A stretch of 64,000 nt of DNA from positions 1,480-65,479 of the forward strand of contig PXRI01000027.1 in assembly GCA_003021005.1 (NCBI GenBank), written 5' to 3'. The translations under genes were made by a program, and so were the position numbers. Below, in pieces: positions 29,166-40,377 of the stretch. The notes under the pieces were generated by a model. The model was not told the DNA's origin. It worked only from the letters and a program-made list of their open reading frames with translations, and ran no database searches. Position 1 is the stretch's first letter; each line of letters opens with the position of its first letter. The stretch comes from Halobacteriales archaeon QS_1_69_70. Lineage in GTDB: Archaea; Halobacteriota; Halobacteria; Halobacteriales; Haloarculaceae.

Positions 29166-31798
29166 TGGCTGTTCGGTACTCCCACCCACCCAACACCGGC
29201 TACGAGGGGGTCCACCTTGGGGAGCATCTGAACGATGTCGCCCGACGGGCCACCGAGATCGTTCCCGACGGGGCGAAGACACCCGACGGTGAGTCGCTTC
29301 AGCGAGTCGTTGAAACCCTCGCCCACGTTCACGACTTCGGGAAGGCGACCACCTACTTTCAGGAGTATCTTCTCCACGATACTGAGCCGGAGTTCAAGCC
29401 GTGTCGGTACCATGCTCCGATCGGCTCATTCGCAGCATATTACGCACTCGACGCACAGGGATTTGAAACCGAGACTTGTCTTGCCGGCTTCCTTGCGGTT
29501 GCCAAACACCACGGTCGGCTTCCCGACGTGACCCAGTATATATACGACTGTGCGTACAACTCGGAGAACTCCACGGATCGTGCCCAGACCGTGGCCGAAC
29601 GGAAACAGGCAGCAATCGCCATGCAGCTGAACGACATCGAGGGACACGTCCCCGACCTTGCGGCCGATATTTTCGATGAGGCAACTTATAGCGCTGGGTC
29701 GTGGGATGAATTTCGGCAGTCGTACAAGGGACTTCTCGATGAGATCGCCTGTAGTGTTGCCACGGAGAGCGGAACGGCGATCAATCGTGACGCCCTGTCA
29801 GAGGCCTGTTACGGCCTCATCCTTGAGATCTGGGGATCGCTCGTGCTCGCGGATAAGACGAGTGCAGCAAGCCGGAGCCAGGATACTGATTCCGGCTCCA
29901 TTTACGGCGTAGTACGGCCTTCGATACAGGTATTGGACGAGTACGTCGCTGATCTCGAAGCATCATCGGCTGCTAATCCGGACGGCTCCAGAACTGAGCG
30001 CTTGAACCATTATCGATCACGCGCGCGATCAGCCGTCGTAACGAACGCGAAACAATTTGCCGAGGAAGGTGGTGGCGTAGCGACACTCACGCTGCCAACC
30101 GGCATGGGAAAAACGCTCACCGGGCTTTCGGCCGCACAGACCATCCGTGACGAACTCGGCGGGAAGCGGGTGGTCTACGCGTTGCCGTTTACCTCCATCA
30201 TCGATCAGGTCGTCGATGAGATCGAAGCAATCTACGATACCGACACACTGGGTCGGTTACTAACGGCCCACCACCACCTCTCGGAAACAACGATCGTCGA
30301 CGAAGATGACGTAGACGACGACGAGGCGGACAAGAATGATGACGTGGCGGGGATGCTGGCTGAAAGTTGGCGTGCCGGGCTCACCGTGACGACGTTCGTC
30401 CAGTTGTTCGAAAGCCTCGCAGGCCCTGCCAACAAACAGTCGATGAAGATCCCCGCACTCCGGGACAGCGTCGTTATCCTCGATGAGCCACAGACCCTCC
30501 CGCTTGACTGGTGGAAGCTCGTCCCCCGCCTCGTCACAATTCTGACCGAGCAGTACAACGCGACGGTTATCGCTATGACCGCCACTCAGCCACAGCTGTT
30601 CGATGAAGCAACCGAGCGAGCAGAGGCGGTGACGGAACTGGTTGACGACCCCGATATGTACTTCGAGGCGACCGAACGCGTCCGGTACGAACTTGATGCC
30701 TCGACCGAGCGCTATATCGAAAGCCAGTCTCAACCGAAACCCTACGTCGACGCCGGCGCCGAACTGCTAGATGCGGTCGATTCCGGAGCGTCGGCGCTTG
30801 CCGTCTGTAACACGATCGACAGTGCACGTAATCTGTTCGACAAACTTACCGATTCCCGACGTTCGCTCCCGAGTGTCGGAGATATGTATGCCGAGGCAAT
30901 CGATGCTGCCGACACGACAACCGACATCGATCCTGAGGCACTCGCTACTCGGATCGAAACCCGCAGTGATGTATCGATACTTCACCTCTCGACACGACTT
31001 CGCCCGGTAGATCGACTCATACTCATCGAGACCGCGAAAGAACTCACTCACGATGAACACTGTCTCCTCACGATATCGACGCAACTCGTCGAAGCTGGCG
31101 TCGATATCAGCTTCGACCGCGTCTACCGTGATCTGGCCCCGATCGACAGTATCGTGCAAGCGGCCGGTCGCTGTAACAGGTCGTTTGAACGAGAACAGGG
31201 ACAGGTAGTGGTCTGGTGGCTCGACGTTCCCGGCGAACAGGAGAAAACACCTGCAGAAGCGGTCTACAACCGAGGAGCAGCCCTCCTTCCGGTCGCAGCC
31301 GAGACGCTTGATTCCATACGCGGAGATGATACATCGCTGTCCGAGACTGAGGTTGCCCGGGGGGCAGTCACGGAATATTATCGACGACTCCACACTGACA
31401 AGAACGTCGGCAAACAGGCCTACGTCACGTACGTCGATGACCTTCGGGGGAACGAATTAAGAGATCTATCGTTGATCGACCGGCGCCACGCAGTGGATAT
31501 CATCATTTGTCGCACTGATTCCGAACGGAGGCAGATAGAGCAGGTACATGACGCCTGGCAGCAGTACGAGTTTGGCCGTGTTCGGCAGCTGATGGATGAA
31601 CTCAAACAGCTCCGTGTATCGATCCCGGTCTACCCCGGTGAGTCGGACAAGAAAGGTACACTCCGACAGCTGAATCAGGTTCACTCGGATACGGATGTAC
31701 TGTGGCTCGATGGCCGCGAACACCAATTGAGCCAGTATTTCGATCAGAACACTGGATTCGTTATTCCGGACAGCACCGCAGGGAGGCGTATCCTATGA
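29165..31798 (+). CDS. cas3: Cas3 HD nuclease-helicase
   Basis: HDFGK HD domain, LPTGMGKT, DEPQ, MTAT, STQLVEAGVD and QAAGRCNR motifs. Confidence 0.95.
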   Translation: MAVRYSHPPNTGYEGVHLGEHLNDVARRATEIVPDGAKTPDGESLQRVVETLAHVHDFGKATTYFQEYLLHDTEPEFKPCRYHAPIGSFAAYYALDAQGFETETCLAGFLAVAKHHGRLPDVTQYIYDCAYNSENSTDRAQTVAERKQAAIAMQLNDIEGHVPDLAADIFDEATYSAGSWDEFRQSYKGLLDEIACSVATESGTAINRDALSEACYGLILEIWGSLVLADKTSAASRSQDTDSGSIYGVVRPSIQVLDEYVADLEASSAANPDGSRTERLNHYRSRARSAVVTNAKQFAEEGGGVATLTLPTGMGKTLTGLSAAQTIRDELGGKRVVYALPFTSIIDQVVDEIEAIYDTDTLGRLLTAHHHLSETTIVDEDDVDDDEADKNDDVAGMLAESWRAGLTVTTFVQLFESLAGPANKQSMKIPALRDSVVILDEPQTLPLDWWKLVPRLVTILTEQYNATVIAMTATQPQLFDEATERAEAVTELVDDPDMYFEATERVRYELDASTERYIESQSQPKPYVDAGAELLDAVDSGASALAVCNTIDSARNLFDKLTDSRRSLPSVGDMYAEAIDAADTTTDIDPEALATRIETRSDVSILHLSTRLRPVDRLILIETAKELTHDEHCLLTISTQLVEAGVDISFDRVYRDLAPIDSIVQAAGRCNRSFEREQGQVVVWWLDVPGEQEKTPAEAVYNRGAALLPVAAETLDSIRGDDTSLSETEVARGAVTEYYRRLHTDKNVGKQAYVTYVDDLRGNELRDLSLIDRRHAVDIIICRTDSERRQIEQVHDAWQQYEFGRVRQLMDELKQLRVSIPVYPGESDKKGTLRQLNQVHSDTDVLWLDGREHQLSQYFDQNTGFVIPDSTAGRRIL

Positions 31799-32340
31799 GC
31801 AACGATCCGGTCGCCCGCCTGCTGGCGACGGCCCGGGGCGAGCCAGTCGACGAGCCGTTCCGCGTCACGGGCGTGATGATGCAATACTATCACGTCTGCA
31901 AACGGGAACTGTGGTTCGCGAGCCGGAACCTCGAAATCGACCGCGAGAATCCGACCGTCGTCCGTGGGACTCGTGTCGATGATACGGCCTACGACGACAA
32001 ACGTGAGAACCTACACCTCGGGATGATCTCACTCGATCTGTTGGACGATGGCCGGGTCGTCGAGGTGAAACCCTCCTCGACGCTGACCGAGCCAGCCGAG
32101 ATGCAGCTGTCGTATTACCTCTGGTATCTCGACCGCGTGGCCGACATCCAGAGGGATGGCGTCTTGGCCCATCCTCGTGAACGGAAGCGGGAGCCTGTTG
32201 AACTCACGGGCGAACGGGTAGAAGAAGTCGAAACGGCGATCCGTGGGATTCACGACATCGTCGAACAGTCCTCGCCACCACCAGCGGAGGAGAAGCCCTT
32301 CTGTGACTCGTGTGCGTACCACGACTTCTGTTGGTGTTAA
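31795..32340 (+). CDS. cas4: Cas4
   Basis: CKRELW, EVK, QLSYYL and CDSCAYHDFC Fe-S cysteines. Confidence 0.95.
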   Translation: MSNDPVARLLATARGEPVDEPFRVTGVMMQYYHVCKRELWFASRNLEIDRENPTVVRGTRVDDTAYDDKRENLHLGMISLDLLDDGRVVEVKPSSTLTEPAEMQLSYYLWYLDRVADIQRDGVLAHPRERKREPVELTGERVEEVETAIRGIHDIVEQSSPPPAEEKPFCDSCAYHDFCWC

Positions 32341-32342
32341 GA

Positions 32343-33335
32343 ATGGATCGAAACTACCACGTCTTTTCCGACGGCCGGCTCGAACGGAGCGACGACACGA
32401 TCAGGCTCGTCCCCGAGGACGGAGAAAAGGAGTACATCCCAATCGAGAACGCCGAGGCCCTGTTCCTCCACGGCCAGATCGATTTCAACACGCGACTGAT
32501 GTCGTTTCTCAACGACCGGACTGTCGCACTCCACGTCTTCGGGTGGGAAGACTACTACTCGGGGTCGGTGATGCCGAAACGCGGCCAGACCTCCGGGAAG
32601 ACCGTCGTCAATCAAGTGCGCGCCTACGACGATAGCGACCACAGACGACAGATTGCCGCCGCGATCGTGAGAGGGAGCATCCACAATATGCGGACGAACG
32701 TAGTCTACTACAACGGCCGCGACCACGATCTTGACGGCGTCGTCGAAGAGCTGGACGCAGCCGCCGAGAGCGTCGATGAGGGACTACCGGTCAATGAACT
32801 ACTGGGAACTGAAGCCACGGCGAGAAAAGCCTACTACCGGAGTTTCAACGAGATCCTCCCGGGGGAGTTCCAGCTCACGCAACGGGAGTACAATCCGCCG
32901 CCCAACGAGATCAACAGTCTCATTTCGTTCGGTAATTCGCTGGTCTATGCCAACTGTGTCTCTGCGATACGTGCCACCGCGCTCGATCCGACCATCAGCT
33001 ACCTTCACGAGCCGGGGGAGCGCCGATACTCGTTGTCGCTCGATCTCGCCGACCTGTTCAAACCGGTACTCGCTGATCGCGTCCTGTTCCGGCTATTGAA
33101 TCGGAATCAGATTTCGGATGACGAATTCGAGACGGAACTCGGATCCTGTCTGCTAGACGAGTCCGGGCGAAAGACGTACACGAAGGAATTCGAAGAGACG
33201 CTGGAGCGGACTGTCGAACACCCGACGCTGAACCGGAAAGTCAGCTATCAGTATCTCATGCGGCTCGAAGCGTACAAGCTCAAGAAACATCTGCTCACCG
33301 GCGAGGTGTACGAGCCGTTCCAACGGTGGTGGTAA
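32343..33335 (+). CDS. cas1: Cas1 (type I-B)
   Basis: LLGTEA, NSLISFGNSLVY, SYLHE and LDLADLFKP motifs. Confidence 0.96.
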   Translation: MDRNYHVFSDGRLERSDDTIRLVPEDGEKEYIPIENAEALFLHGQIDFNTRLMSFLNDRTVALHVFGWEDYYSGSVMPKRGQTSGKTVVNQVRAYDDSDHRRQIAAAIVRGSIHNMRTNVVYYNGRDHDLDGVVEELDAAAESVDEGLPVNELLGTEATARKAYYRSFNEILPGEFQLTQREYNPPPNEINSLISFGNSLVYANCVSAIRATALDPTISYLHEPGERRYSLSLDLADLFKPVLADRVLFRLLNRNQISDDEFETELGSCLLDESGRKTYTKEFEETLERTVEHPTLNRKVSYQYLMRLEAYKLKKHLLTGEVYEPFQRWW

Positions 33336-33336
33336 G

Positions 33337-33597
33337 ATGTACATCGTGATGGTCTACGATCTGGAGGCCGACCGCACGCAGAAGGCCCTCAAACTGGGGC
33401 GACGGTACTTGACTCACGTTCAAAACTCCGTCCTCGAAGGCGAGATTTCCGAAGGCGATCTCGCTACGCTGAAACACGAGGTGGATGACCTACTGATCCC
33501 CGGCGAGTCAACGATCATCTACGAGCTGTCCTCGGACACGCTCCTGGATCGGACGGTGTATGGCGACGATCCGACGGAAGACCAGCGGTTTCTGTAG
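33337..33597 (+). CDS. cas2: Cas2
   Basis: VMVYDL and HVQNSVLEG motifs; 86 aa. Confidence 0.95.
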   Translation: MYIVMVYDLEADRTQKALKLGRRYLTHVQNSVLEGEISEGDLATLKHEVDDLLIPGESTIIYELSSDTLLDRTVYGDDPTEDQRFL

Positions 33598-33702
33598 CCC
33601 GTTCCGTCGACCCCTCGGGTGACGCGGCGTATTGACGGTTGACGGAAGCTCTTTACTGTATCAACGCCGTAGACCGCCTATGCCCCGTGAATCGGGCATG
33701 GT
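33598..33702 (+). promoter_or_regulatory. CRISPR leader
   Basis: Lies between cas2 and the first repeat; GTCGACCCC...GACGGAA and TCGGGCATG segments resemble haloarchaeal I-B leaders; adjoins the non-degenerate array end. Confidence 0.8.
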
Positions 33703-36301
33703 GTTTCAGACGAACCCTGGTGGGGTTGAAGCGTCCGACCCGTTTACGTATCCGTTGGACGTAGAAAGTTTCAGACGAACCCTGGTGGGGTTGAAGCGGG
33801 ACAATACAGCTTCATCGTCACTATCTGACCCTCGTTTCAGACGAACCCTGGTGGGGTTGAAGCGGGGATTTGGAACCGGTCGTAATAGCTATACTCATGG
33901 TTTCAGACGAACCCTGGTGGGGTTGAAGCCCCCACGAGACGCTCGCGGTTCGAGTCCATAAACGTGTTTCAGACGAACCCTGGTGGGGTTGAAGCTATCC
34001 GCCTCGATCCACCCGTCGCCGATTTGGAATGTTTCAGACGAACCCTGGTGGGGTTGAAGCCAGGCGAACGCCGGCGCGGACCCACAGCTCCCCGCCTCGA
34101 GTTTCAGACGAACCCTGGTGGGGTTGAAGCGCCGAGAGCGTTCCGAGCTTTCGCGACGTTTTCGCTGAGTTTCAGACGAACCCTGGTGGGGTTGAAGCCG
34201 GGACTCCCCGCGGAGTTCGACACCATAGTAGGCGTTTCAGACGAACCCTGGTGGGGTTGAAGCTCGTGGAGAAAACGAGGAGGCCGACCATGATGGAACG
34301 TTTCAGACGAACCCTGGTGGGGTTGAAGCAAGCGCGGCGGGGGTAACCCCAGCGATGGCCGAAGCGTTTCAGACGAACCCTGGTGGGGTTGAAGCGACCG
34401 GAAACCACGTCATCGTCCGCCTACAGCGACGTTTCAGACGAACCCTGGTGGGGTTGAAGCTTGACGTCGCCGAAGACCTGCCGGATGCCCGTGGATAGTT
34501 TCAGACGAACCCTGGTGGGGTTGAAGCCCGACCCGGTCGAGGTGCGACAGCCCGAAGCAGTGAGTTTCAGACGAACCCTGGTGGGGTTGAAGCACTGTCA
34601 CTCCCGCCCTCGGCTTGATCGTCACTCAGTTTCAGACGAACCCTGGTGGGGTTGAAGCCCGCCGGACGCTGTCTCGGCTTCCTGGAAAAACCCGTTTCAG
34701 ACGAACCCTGGTGGGGTTGAAGCCCTCGCTCAGTTGGGCCGCCGTCTCGGCGGACGTTACGTTTCAGACGAACCCTGGTGGGGTTGAAGCCCGGCATCCC
34801 GCATATTCTGCAGCAAGATCTCAAACGTTTCAGACGAACCCTGGTGGGGTTGAAGCGTCCCGGGCGCCGACGACGAGGAGTTGGTCGTCGACGAGTTTCA
34901 GACGAACCCTGGTGGGGTTGAAGCATCACCGTGACGTGTGACCGGCCGTAGACCCCGACGAGTTTCAGACGAACCCTGGTGGGGTTGAAGCCCCGGGCTC
35001 CACTTGCTCGTCATATCCGACCGCGTTTCAGATGAACCCTCGTGGGGTTGAAGCGTCCAAGTCGTGAACTCGACGGACGAAATCCTGGGGGGTTTCAGAC
35101 GAACCCTGGTGGGGTTGAAGCATTGAGAAGTTCCGTGAGTCGAATTATATCAAGAGTTTCAGATGAACCCTCGTGGGGTTGAAGCCTGGAACAGCAGGCC
35201 GACGAAGCATTCGAAGACTGGGTTTCAGATGAACCCTCGTGGGGTTGAAGCAGCCGGGCGAGTTCGAGGAGCTGGCCGAACAGGTTTCAGATGAACCCTC
35301 GTGGGGTTGAAGCTTGCACCGAGCGCTCGACGAGGTAATCGTACGCAGTTGTTTCAGACGAACCCTCGTGGGGTTGAAGCGAGGTCCTGCAAGACCGAGG
35401 CGTACAGATTGACGAGTTTCAGACGAACCCTCGTGGGGTTGAAGCGTCTCTGCCGTGTACGTCCCCTGCAGGGCGACGGTTTCAGACGAACCCTCGTGGG
35501 GTTGAAGCGACGCCAGCAACATCGTCGACGCCGGCGTCCACTTCGTTTTAGACGAACCCTTGTGGGGTTGAAGCGACCTCAAAACCGTGCTCATCGGCGT
35601 CAACGGCGTGTTTTAGACGAACCCTGGTGGGGTTGAAGCCCCGGCGAGCTTGGGCGGTTCCACCCCTGGGATGAGCGTTTCAGAAGAACCATCGTGGGGT
35701 TGAAGCTCGTGGACCATTGCCTCGATCTCGGCGTCCCGCGAGTTTCAGACGAACCCTCGTGGGGTTGAAGCTATGGACAGTCGGATCGGTCACAAAATCG
35801 AGTGCATTTTTCAGACGAACCCTGGTGGGTGGTTGAAGCCACGCGTCGATAACCGTCGTCGGCCGGCGTGCCGAATCATTCAAACGAACCATGGTGGGGT
35901 TGAAGCTGCCTCCGCCAGCAGTCGATCGGCGTCCCGGCTGGGTTTCAGACGAGCCTCGTGGGGTTGAAGCTGTGCCAGCAGCACGCCTTCGTCTGCTCCG
36001 TACCGCGTTTCAGACGAACCTTTGTGGGGTTGAAGCAGCTGCCAGGTCACCGAGCCGGTCCGGATTGCGTTTGGTTTCAGATGAACCCTCGTGGGGTTGA
36101 AGCTGGCTCGAAACTGACGATGAGGTCGAGGGCCGGCAAATGTTTCAGACGAACCCTTGTAAGGTTGAAGCGGGGAGGCGAACGACCGGCAGATTGCGAA
36201 AGCCCAGTTTCAGGCGAACCTTCGTGGGGTTGAAGCAGCGAAGCCGCACACTACCACCGGCTGGGGATGGAGTTTCAGGCGAACCTTCGCGGGCTTGAAG
36301 C
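33703..36301 (+). CRISPR. CRISPR array, 40 repeats / 39 spacers
   Basis: 30-bp repeat GTTTCAGACGAACCCTGGTGGGGTTGAAGC counted by hand; spacers about 32-40 bp; repeats degenerate toward 36301. Confidence 0.98.
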
Positions 36302-36306
36302 GTCCC

Positions 36307-36790
36307 CTACCAACCACCGCAGGTGCAATTCGACCCCGTATCCGATGAACCCTTTGATGTTGGGTGCCGAGAGCCCCTGGTCGTCCACCGCCTCCGGCTC
36401 GATGACGGTCCCGAAGGAGGGATTCCGCCGCTCGGCAGTGTCAACCAAGTGGATCCGCGACGAGCGCTGGCCAGGGACCAGGAGCTTCCGGCGCTCGAGC
36501 CCGTCGACTCAAAGTGCTGGAGTTCGTCGCCCCGGTTCGGCATCTCCAGGCAGTCGACGACCTCGGCGTAGGTGTCGGAGTCAGGGTCGACGTCGACGAC
36601 CGCGAGGAAGTCCGGCGCGTCGACGTCGGTCCCGACGTACAGGCCCATGACGTAGGCCGTCGTCTCGCGGTCGGCCTGCTCTACGGCTGACTGCGGCGTC
36701 GCGTAGCCCGGTCCGTCGACGGCGTGGTCGTGCCCGTTGGTCGTGGTGACCGTGGCCCGCCGACTCCGGCGGCTGTTCGGAGTCGCTCAT
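36307..36790 (-). pseudogene. truncated selenium-binding protein (SBP56/methanethiol oxidase) remnant
   Basis: GPGYATPQ, PDFLAVVDVDPDS, MPNRGDELQHF, then in another frame VPGQRSSRIHLVDT...LSAP. At least two frameshifts and loss of most of the gene. Confidence 0.85.
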
Positions 36791-36887
36791 ACCTCACTCA
36801 GGTATACACGCAGGCGAAAGATAGGTACGGCCCCCGTGGTCGGTGCCCGCCCCGGCGGCCGGCGGTGGACGTCGGCTGGCGACGCCC

Positions 36888-37673
36888 TCAGGCCCGGTCC
36901 TGTGCCCGCTGGACCCACTCGCCGGCCTGCTCTTCGCTCACGCCGGCGGTCTCGGCGACCTCCTCGGCGCTGGTCCGGGCGAGGTCGCCCTGCGTACGGA
37001 CGCCCTCGGCCGCCAGCCGGTCGGCGTAGGTCGCACCTATGCCCTCGAGGTCAGCGACGTTTTCGCCCTCGCGGTCGACGGCGGTGTCGATGAGTTCGCG
37101 GGCCGTCGCCTCGGTCGTGTCGGTGGCATCGGCGACCGACGACACGTCCGCGGACGTCAGGTCCGAGAGGCTCTCGACGCCCTCCTCGAGGAGGTTCTCG
37201 ACGACCGTGTCGTCGAACGCCGGCAGCTCGGACGACAGCGTCCCGTAGAACTCCTCGAACTCCTCGGTCGTGGCGTCGATCGCGTCCTCGGCTGCATTCT
37301 CGACTTCGATCTCGACCTCCTCGGCCGTCTCACCGACGTCGGCTTCGAACTCGTCTGCACTCCCCCGCAGGCCCTCGACGACCTCGACGGACCACTCGGT
37401 AACCTCCTCGGAGGTGTCGACGCCGCGCTCGGCGGCCTCCTGGAGGTCCGCGAACAGGTCGGCCTGGGCGTCATCGAGCTGCTCGAAGGCGTCCTCGACT
37501 CGCTCCTCGGCGCGGTCGTCGGCGCCCGGCGTGACCCCGACGATCGGCCTCACGGCCTGGCGGGTGAGGTCTATACCCTGCCGGTTGATCTTTACTTGGG
37601 TCTCGACGGTCCGGTCGATGAGTGACCGCTGGGTCTCGAACAGCGACCCCAGCGGCGTCGACGTCTGGCTCAT
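36888..37673 (-). CDS. helix-hairpin-helix protein with phasin-like helical N-terminus
   Basis: C-terminal LEGIGATYADRL..EGV HhH repeat; N-terminal FETQRSLID...Q amphipathic helices. Confidence 0.7.
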   Translation of the reverse strand: MSQTSTPLGSLFETQRSLIDRTVETQVKINRQGIDLTRQAVRPIVGVTPGADDRAEERVEDAFEQLDDAQADLFADLQEAAERGVDTSEEVTEWSVEVVEGLRGSADEFEADVGETAEEVEIEVENAAEDAIDATTEEFEEFYGTLSSELPAFDDTVVENLLEEGVESLSDLTSADVSSVADATDTTEATARELIDTAVDREGENVADLEGIGATYADRLAAEGVRTQGDLARTSAEEVAETAGVSEEQAGEWVQRAQDRA

Positions 37674-37789
37674 GATTGTCTCCACCTGGAGAGAGACGTT
37701 CCAGCGCAATGAGTTCGTTCCCTTCCATGTGTGGTGGATTGAAGTTGGCCAGAGTGCACGCTCACCGGTGCCGAGTGGGCCGATACCGA

Positions 37790-38512
37790 TCACCCCTCCA
37801 GCTCGAACGTGACCCGCTCCACGTCAGCGCCCTTCGAGGTCCGATCGACGACCGCGACGCGGCCGATCTCCCCGAGGGCGTCGACGTGGGTCCCGCCGCA
37901 GGGACACGTGTCGAACTCCTCGATCTCGACGACCCGGAGCGGATCGACCGAGTCGGGGATGAGGTCCAACAGCGCGCGGCCCTCGTCGACCTCGGCCTCG
38001 ACGCGGTCGCGCGGCCGCTCGGCCTTCGTGACGGCGAGGTCACGCTCGATGGCCTCGTTCGACAGCCGCTCGATCCGCTGTAGGTCCGTCCCGGCAAAGT
38101 CGGCGGGCTCGAAGTCGATCCGGGAGCGGTCCGGGCCGACCTGGTTGCCGGCGGTCTCTGCGCCGTACTCCTCGAGGACGACCCGGCTCACGACGTGCTG
38201 GGCGGTGTGCATCCGGCTGAGTCGCTCGCGGCGGTCGGCGTCGATCTCGCAGTCGACGGTCGTGCCCGGCTCGGGCGGTTCGCCCTCCAGCCAGCCGATC
38301 TCGTGACGGACGTCGCCGTGGTCCTTCCGGACGTCGTCGATCTCGGCGCGGCCGCCGTCCCACGCGATGGCGCCGTGGTCCGGTGGCTGGCCGCCGCCCT
38401 CAGGGTAGAAGTAGGTCCCCTCGAGGACGATGTACTCCTCGGTGGCCTCCGTAACGGTCGCCGAGAACTCGGTCACGCCGTCGGCGTCCGGCAGGTACAG
38501 GAGGTCGGTCAT
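37790..38512 (-). CDS. alaX: alanyl-tRNA editing protein AlaX
   Basis: FYPEGGGQPPD, HTAQH and CGGTH motifs. Confidence 0.92.
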   Translation of the reverse strand: MTDLLYLPDADGVTEFSATVTEATEEYIVLEGTYFYPEGGGQPPDHGAIAWDGGRAEIDDVRKDHGDVRHEIGWLEGEPPEPGTTVDCEIDADRRERLSRMHTAQHVVSRVVLEEYGAETAGNQVGPDRSRIDFEPADFAGTDLQRIERLSNEAIERDLAVTKAERPRDRVEAEVDEGRALLDLIPDSVDPLRVVEIEEFDTCPCGGTHVDALGEIGRVAVVDRTSKGADVERVTFELEG

Positions 38513-38684
38513 CGGCGTCCGGTAGCGGCCGGAGCCGGAAAAGCGGTCGGTGAGGACGGCGAGGCCGCCTACGTCGCGGAGGCGCCGGAGGGCCTCGAAA
38601 GCACCTGCCGGGACGAGTTCGGCCCACCTCACTGGAGAACGCGACGGCGAGTGGCGGTCGGTCGGCGGCACCGGCAGCTCGGTC

Positions 38685-40070
38685 TCAGTCGTCGGCGTCG
38701 GGTCCTGACGCCACCGCCCGCTCCAACTCGAGCACCCGATCTGCAAGCTTCGTCGCCGCCTCGGCGACGAGTTTCGTCATCGGCTCCTTGCCGACCGCCC
38801 CGCGGTCGACGACGGCCACGGCCCGGTCGCCCTTCCCTCCTCCACCGGTGAACGCCTGCCTCGCGCCCCAGTCCATCGTGCCCGCGGCGTCGTCGGGTTC
38901 GGCCGCGCGGTCGTACTCGGCGACCGGCCAGCCCACCGAGTCGAGGGCCGCCTCGACGTCGTCGTCGAACCGGCAGTTGACCGCGAACCGCAGGCCCGGG
39001 TGGTACTCCCGCGCGGAGAGCAGAAAGCGGGCGAGGTGGCTGGAGGCTTCGAACCTGACGCCCCGGGTGGCCCGGACGCCGTCCAGCGTCTTCGTGATCC
39101 GTCCCTCGACGGCCGCCGTCTCGTCGGTCCCCTCGGCGTACGGCGTCGCGCCGACGACGTTCATCCCCACTTCGGGGACCAGCGGGCGGACGTTCTCGCG
39201 CTCGAACCGCCGGACTGCACCCGTAACGGCCTCGGCGGTCGCCTCGCGGGTCGACTCGTTCCGCAGCGCGACCAGGTGGTGGACTGCGCCCGGCCCCTCG
39301 CCGACGTCGTGGTGGTAGCGGACGGCCCGCTCCATGAAGGCGACGCCCCGGCCGACGGCGTCGACCAGCGGTTCGCCGTGGGCCAGCCGGGCGGCGATCG
39401 CGGCCGACAGCGCACAGCCCGAGCCGTGGGTGGCGTCGGTGTCGACCCGCGGGTGCCGCGCCGTCTCGATGTGGTCCTCCGTGACGAGGACATCCAGCAC
39501 CTCGTCGCCGGGCATGTGGCCGCCCTTCACGAGGGCGGCGTCGGCGCCCATCGTCAGCAGCCGCTGGCCCGCGAGTCTGGCGCCGGCCTCGTCCTCGGGC
39601 TCGACGTCGGTCAGCACCCCCGCCTCGTCGGCGTTCGGCGTCACGAGCGTCGCCTCCGCGATGAGGTCCTCGTAGGCCGCCTCCGCGGCCTCGGTCAGCA
39701 GCCGGTCGCCGGTCGCGGCGACCATCACCGGGTCCACGACCAGCGGACACGACAGGTCGGCAGCGTACTCCGTGACCGTCTCGACCACCTCGGTCGTCGC
39801 CAGCATGCCGGTCTTGACCGCCGCCACGTCGAAGTCCGAACGCACCGCTTCGGTCTGTGCCTGGAGTTCCGCGACCGGGAGGACGTGGCTCGACTCGACG
39901 CCCGTCGTGTTCTGGGCGGTTACGGCGGTCAGCGCGGAGACGCCGAACCCGCCGGTCGCCTCGATGGTCTTGAGGTCCGCCTGGATGCCCGCGCCGCCGC
40001 CCGAGTCGCTGCCCGCGATGGTGAGGACGACGGGCCGTTCGACCGGGGCGGGGCTGCGCGTCTCGCTCAT
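38685..40070 (-). CDS. thiD: bifunctional HMP/HMP-P kinase - ThiN (ThiDN)
   Basis: [28 protein letters not shown] and HGSGC, plus C-terminal ThiN (PEVGMN, GKEPM). Confidence 0.92.
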   Translation of the reverse strand: MSETRSPAPVERPVVLTIAGSDSGGGAGIQADLKTIEATGGFGVSALTAVTAQNTTGVESSHVLPVAELQAQTEAVRSDFDVAAVKTGMLATTEVVETVTEYAADLSCPLVVDPVMVAATGDRLLTEAAEAAYEDLIAEATLVTPNADEAGVLTDVEPEDEAGARLAGQRLLTMGADAALVKGGHMPGDEVLDVLVTEDHIETARHPRVDTDATHGSGCALSAAIAARLAHGEPLVDAVGRGVAFMERAVRYHHDVGEGPGAVHHLVALRNESTREATAEAVTGAVRRFERENVRPLVPEVGMNVVGATPYAEGTDETAAVEGRITKTLDGVRATRGVRFEASSHLARFLLSAREYHPGLRFAVNCRFDDDVEAALDSVGWPVAEYDRAAEPDDAAGTMDWGARQAFTGGGGKGDRAVAVVDRGAVGKEPMTKLVAEAATKLADRVLELERAVASGPDADD

Positions 40071-40194
40071 ACACCGGGTATACCCCGGTTGTACAAATCG
40101 GTGATGGTCGGCGGCCCGGCCGCGGCGGCCGTCCGGAGCGGCGGCCGTCCGGAGCGTCGAAACCTCTTCGGGTCCGCACGCCCAACGATGCCGC

Positions 40195-40371
40195 ATGTAT
40201 CGCGCCATCCTCCCGAACGGACAACTCGAATGTGAGGCCTACCAGCGGGACGAGCACGGCGTAGAACTGTATAGCGGTGACGACGAGCTCCTGGCGTTCG
40301 TCCCCTACGAGAACCTCGAGGCGCTTCTCACCGACGCGGCGACCCAACCGGCGGGCCCGGCGGTGATGTAG
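40195..40371 (+). CDS. small hypothetical protein (58 aa)
   Basis: MYRAILPNGQLECEAYQRDEHGVELY...AFVPYENLEAL; acidic, host-like codons; below the ORF-track cutoff. Confidence 0.6.
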   Translation: MYRAILPNGQLECEAYQRDEHGVELYSGDDELLAFVPYENLEALLTDAATQPAGPAVM

Positions 40372-40377
40372 TCCGAG

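Noticed and set aside
33930-33965. Spacer 4 contains GGTTCGAGTCC (tRNA T-loop-like) and starts with CCCCACGAG, complementary to a repeat variant
   Set aside because: Matches are only 9-11 nt and no cloverleaf is present; likely chance.
33632-36233. ORFs called across the CRISPR array
   Set aside because: They are translations of repeats (FRRTLVGLK, FQTNPGGVE), not genes.
33703-36301. Self-targeting spacers, including against the deleted gene segments
   Set aside because: By eye only short GC-rich partial matches were found, and no spacer translates to the missing motifs. A BLASTn of spacers against the whole genome is still needed.
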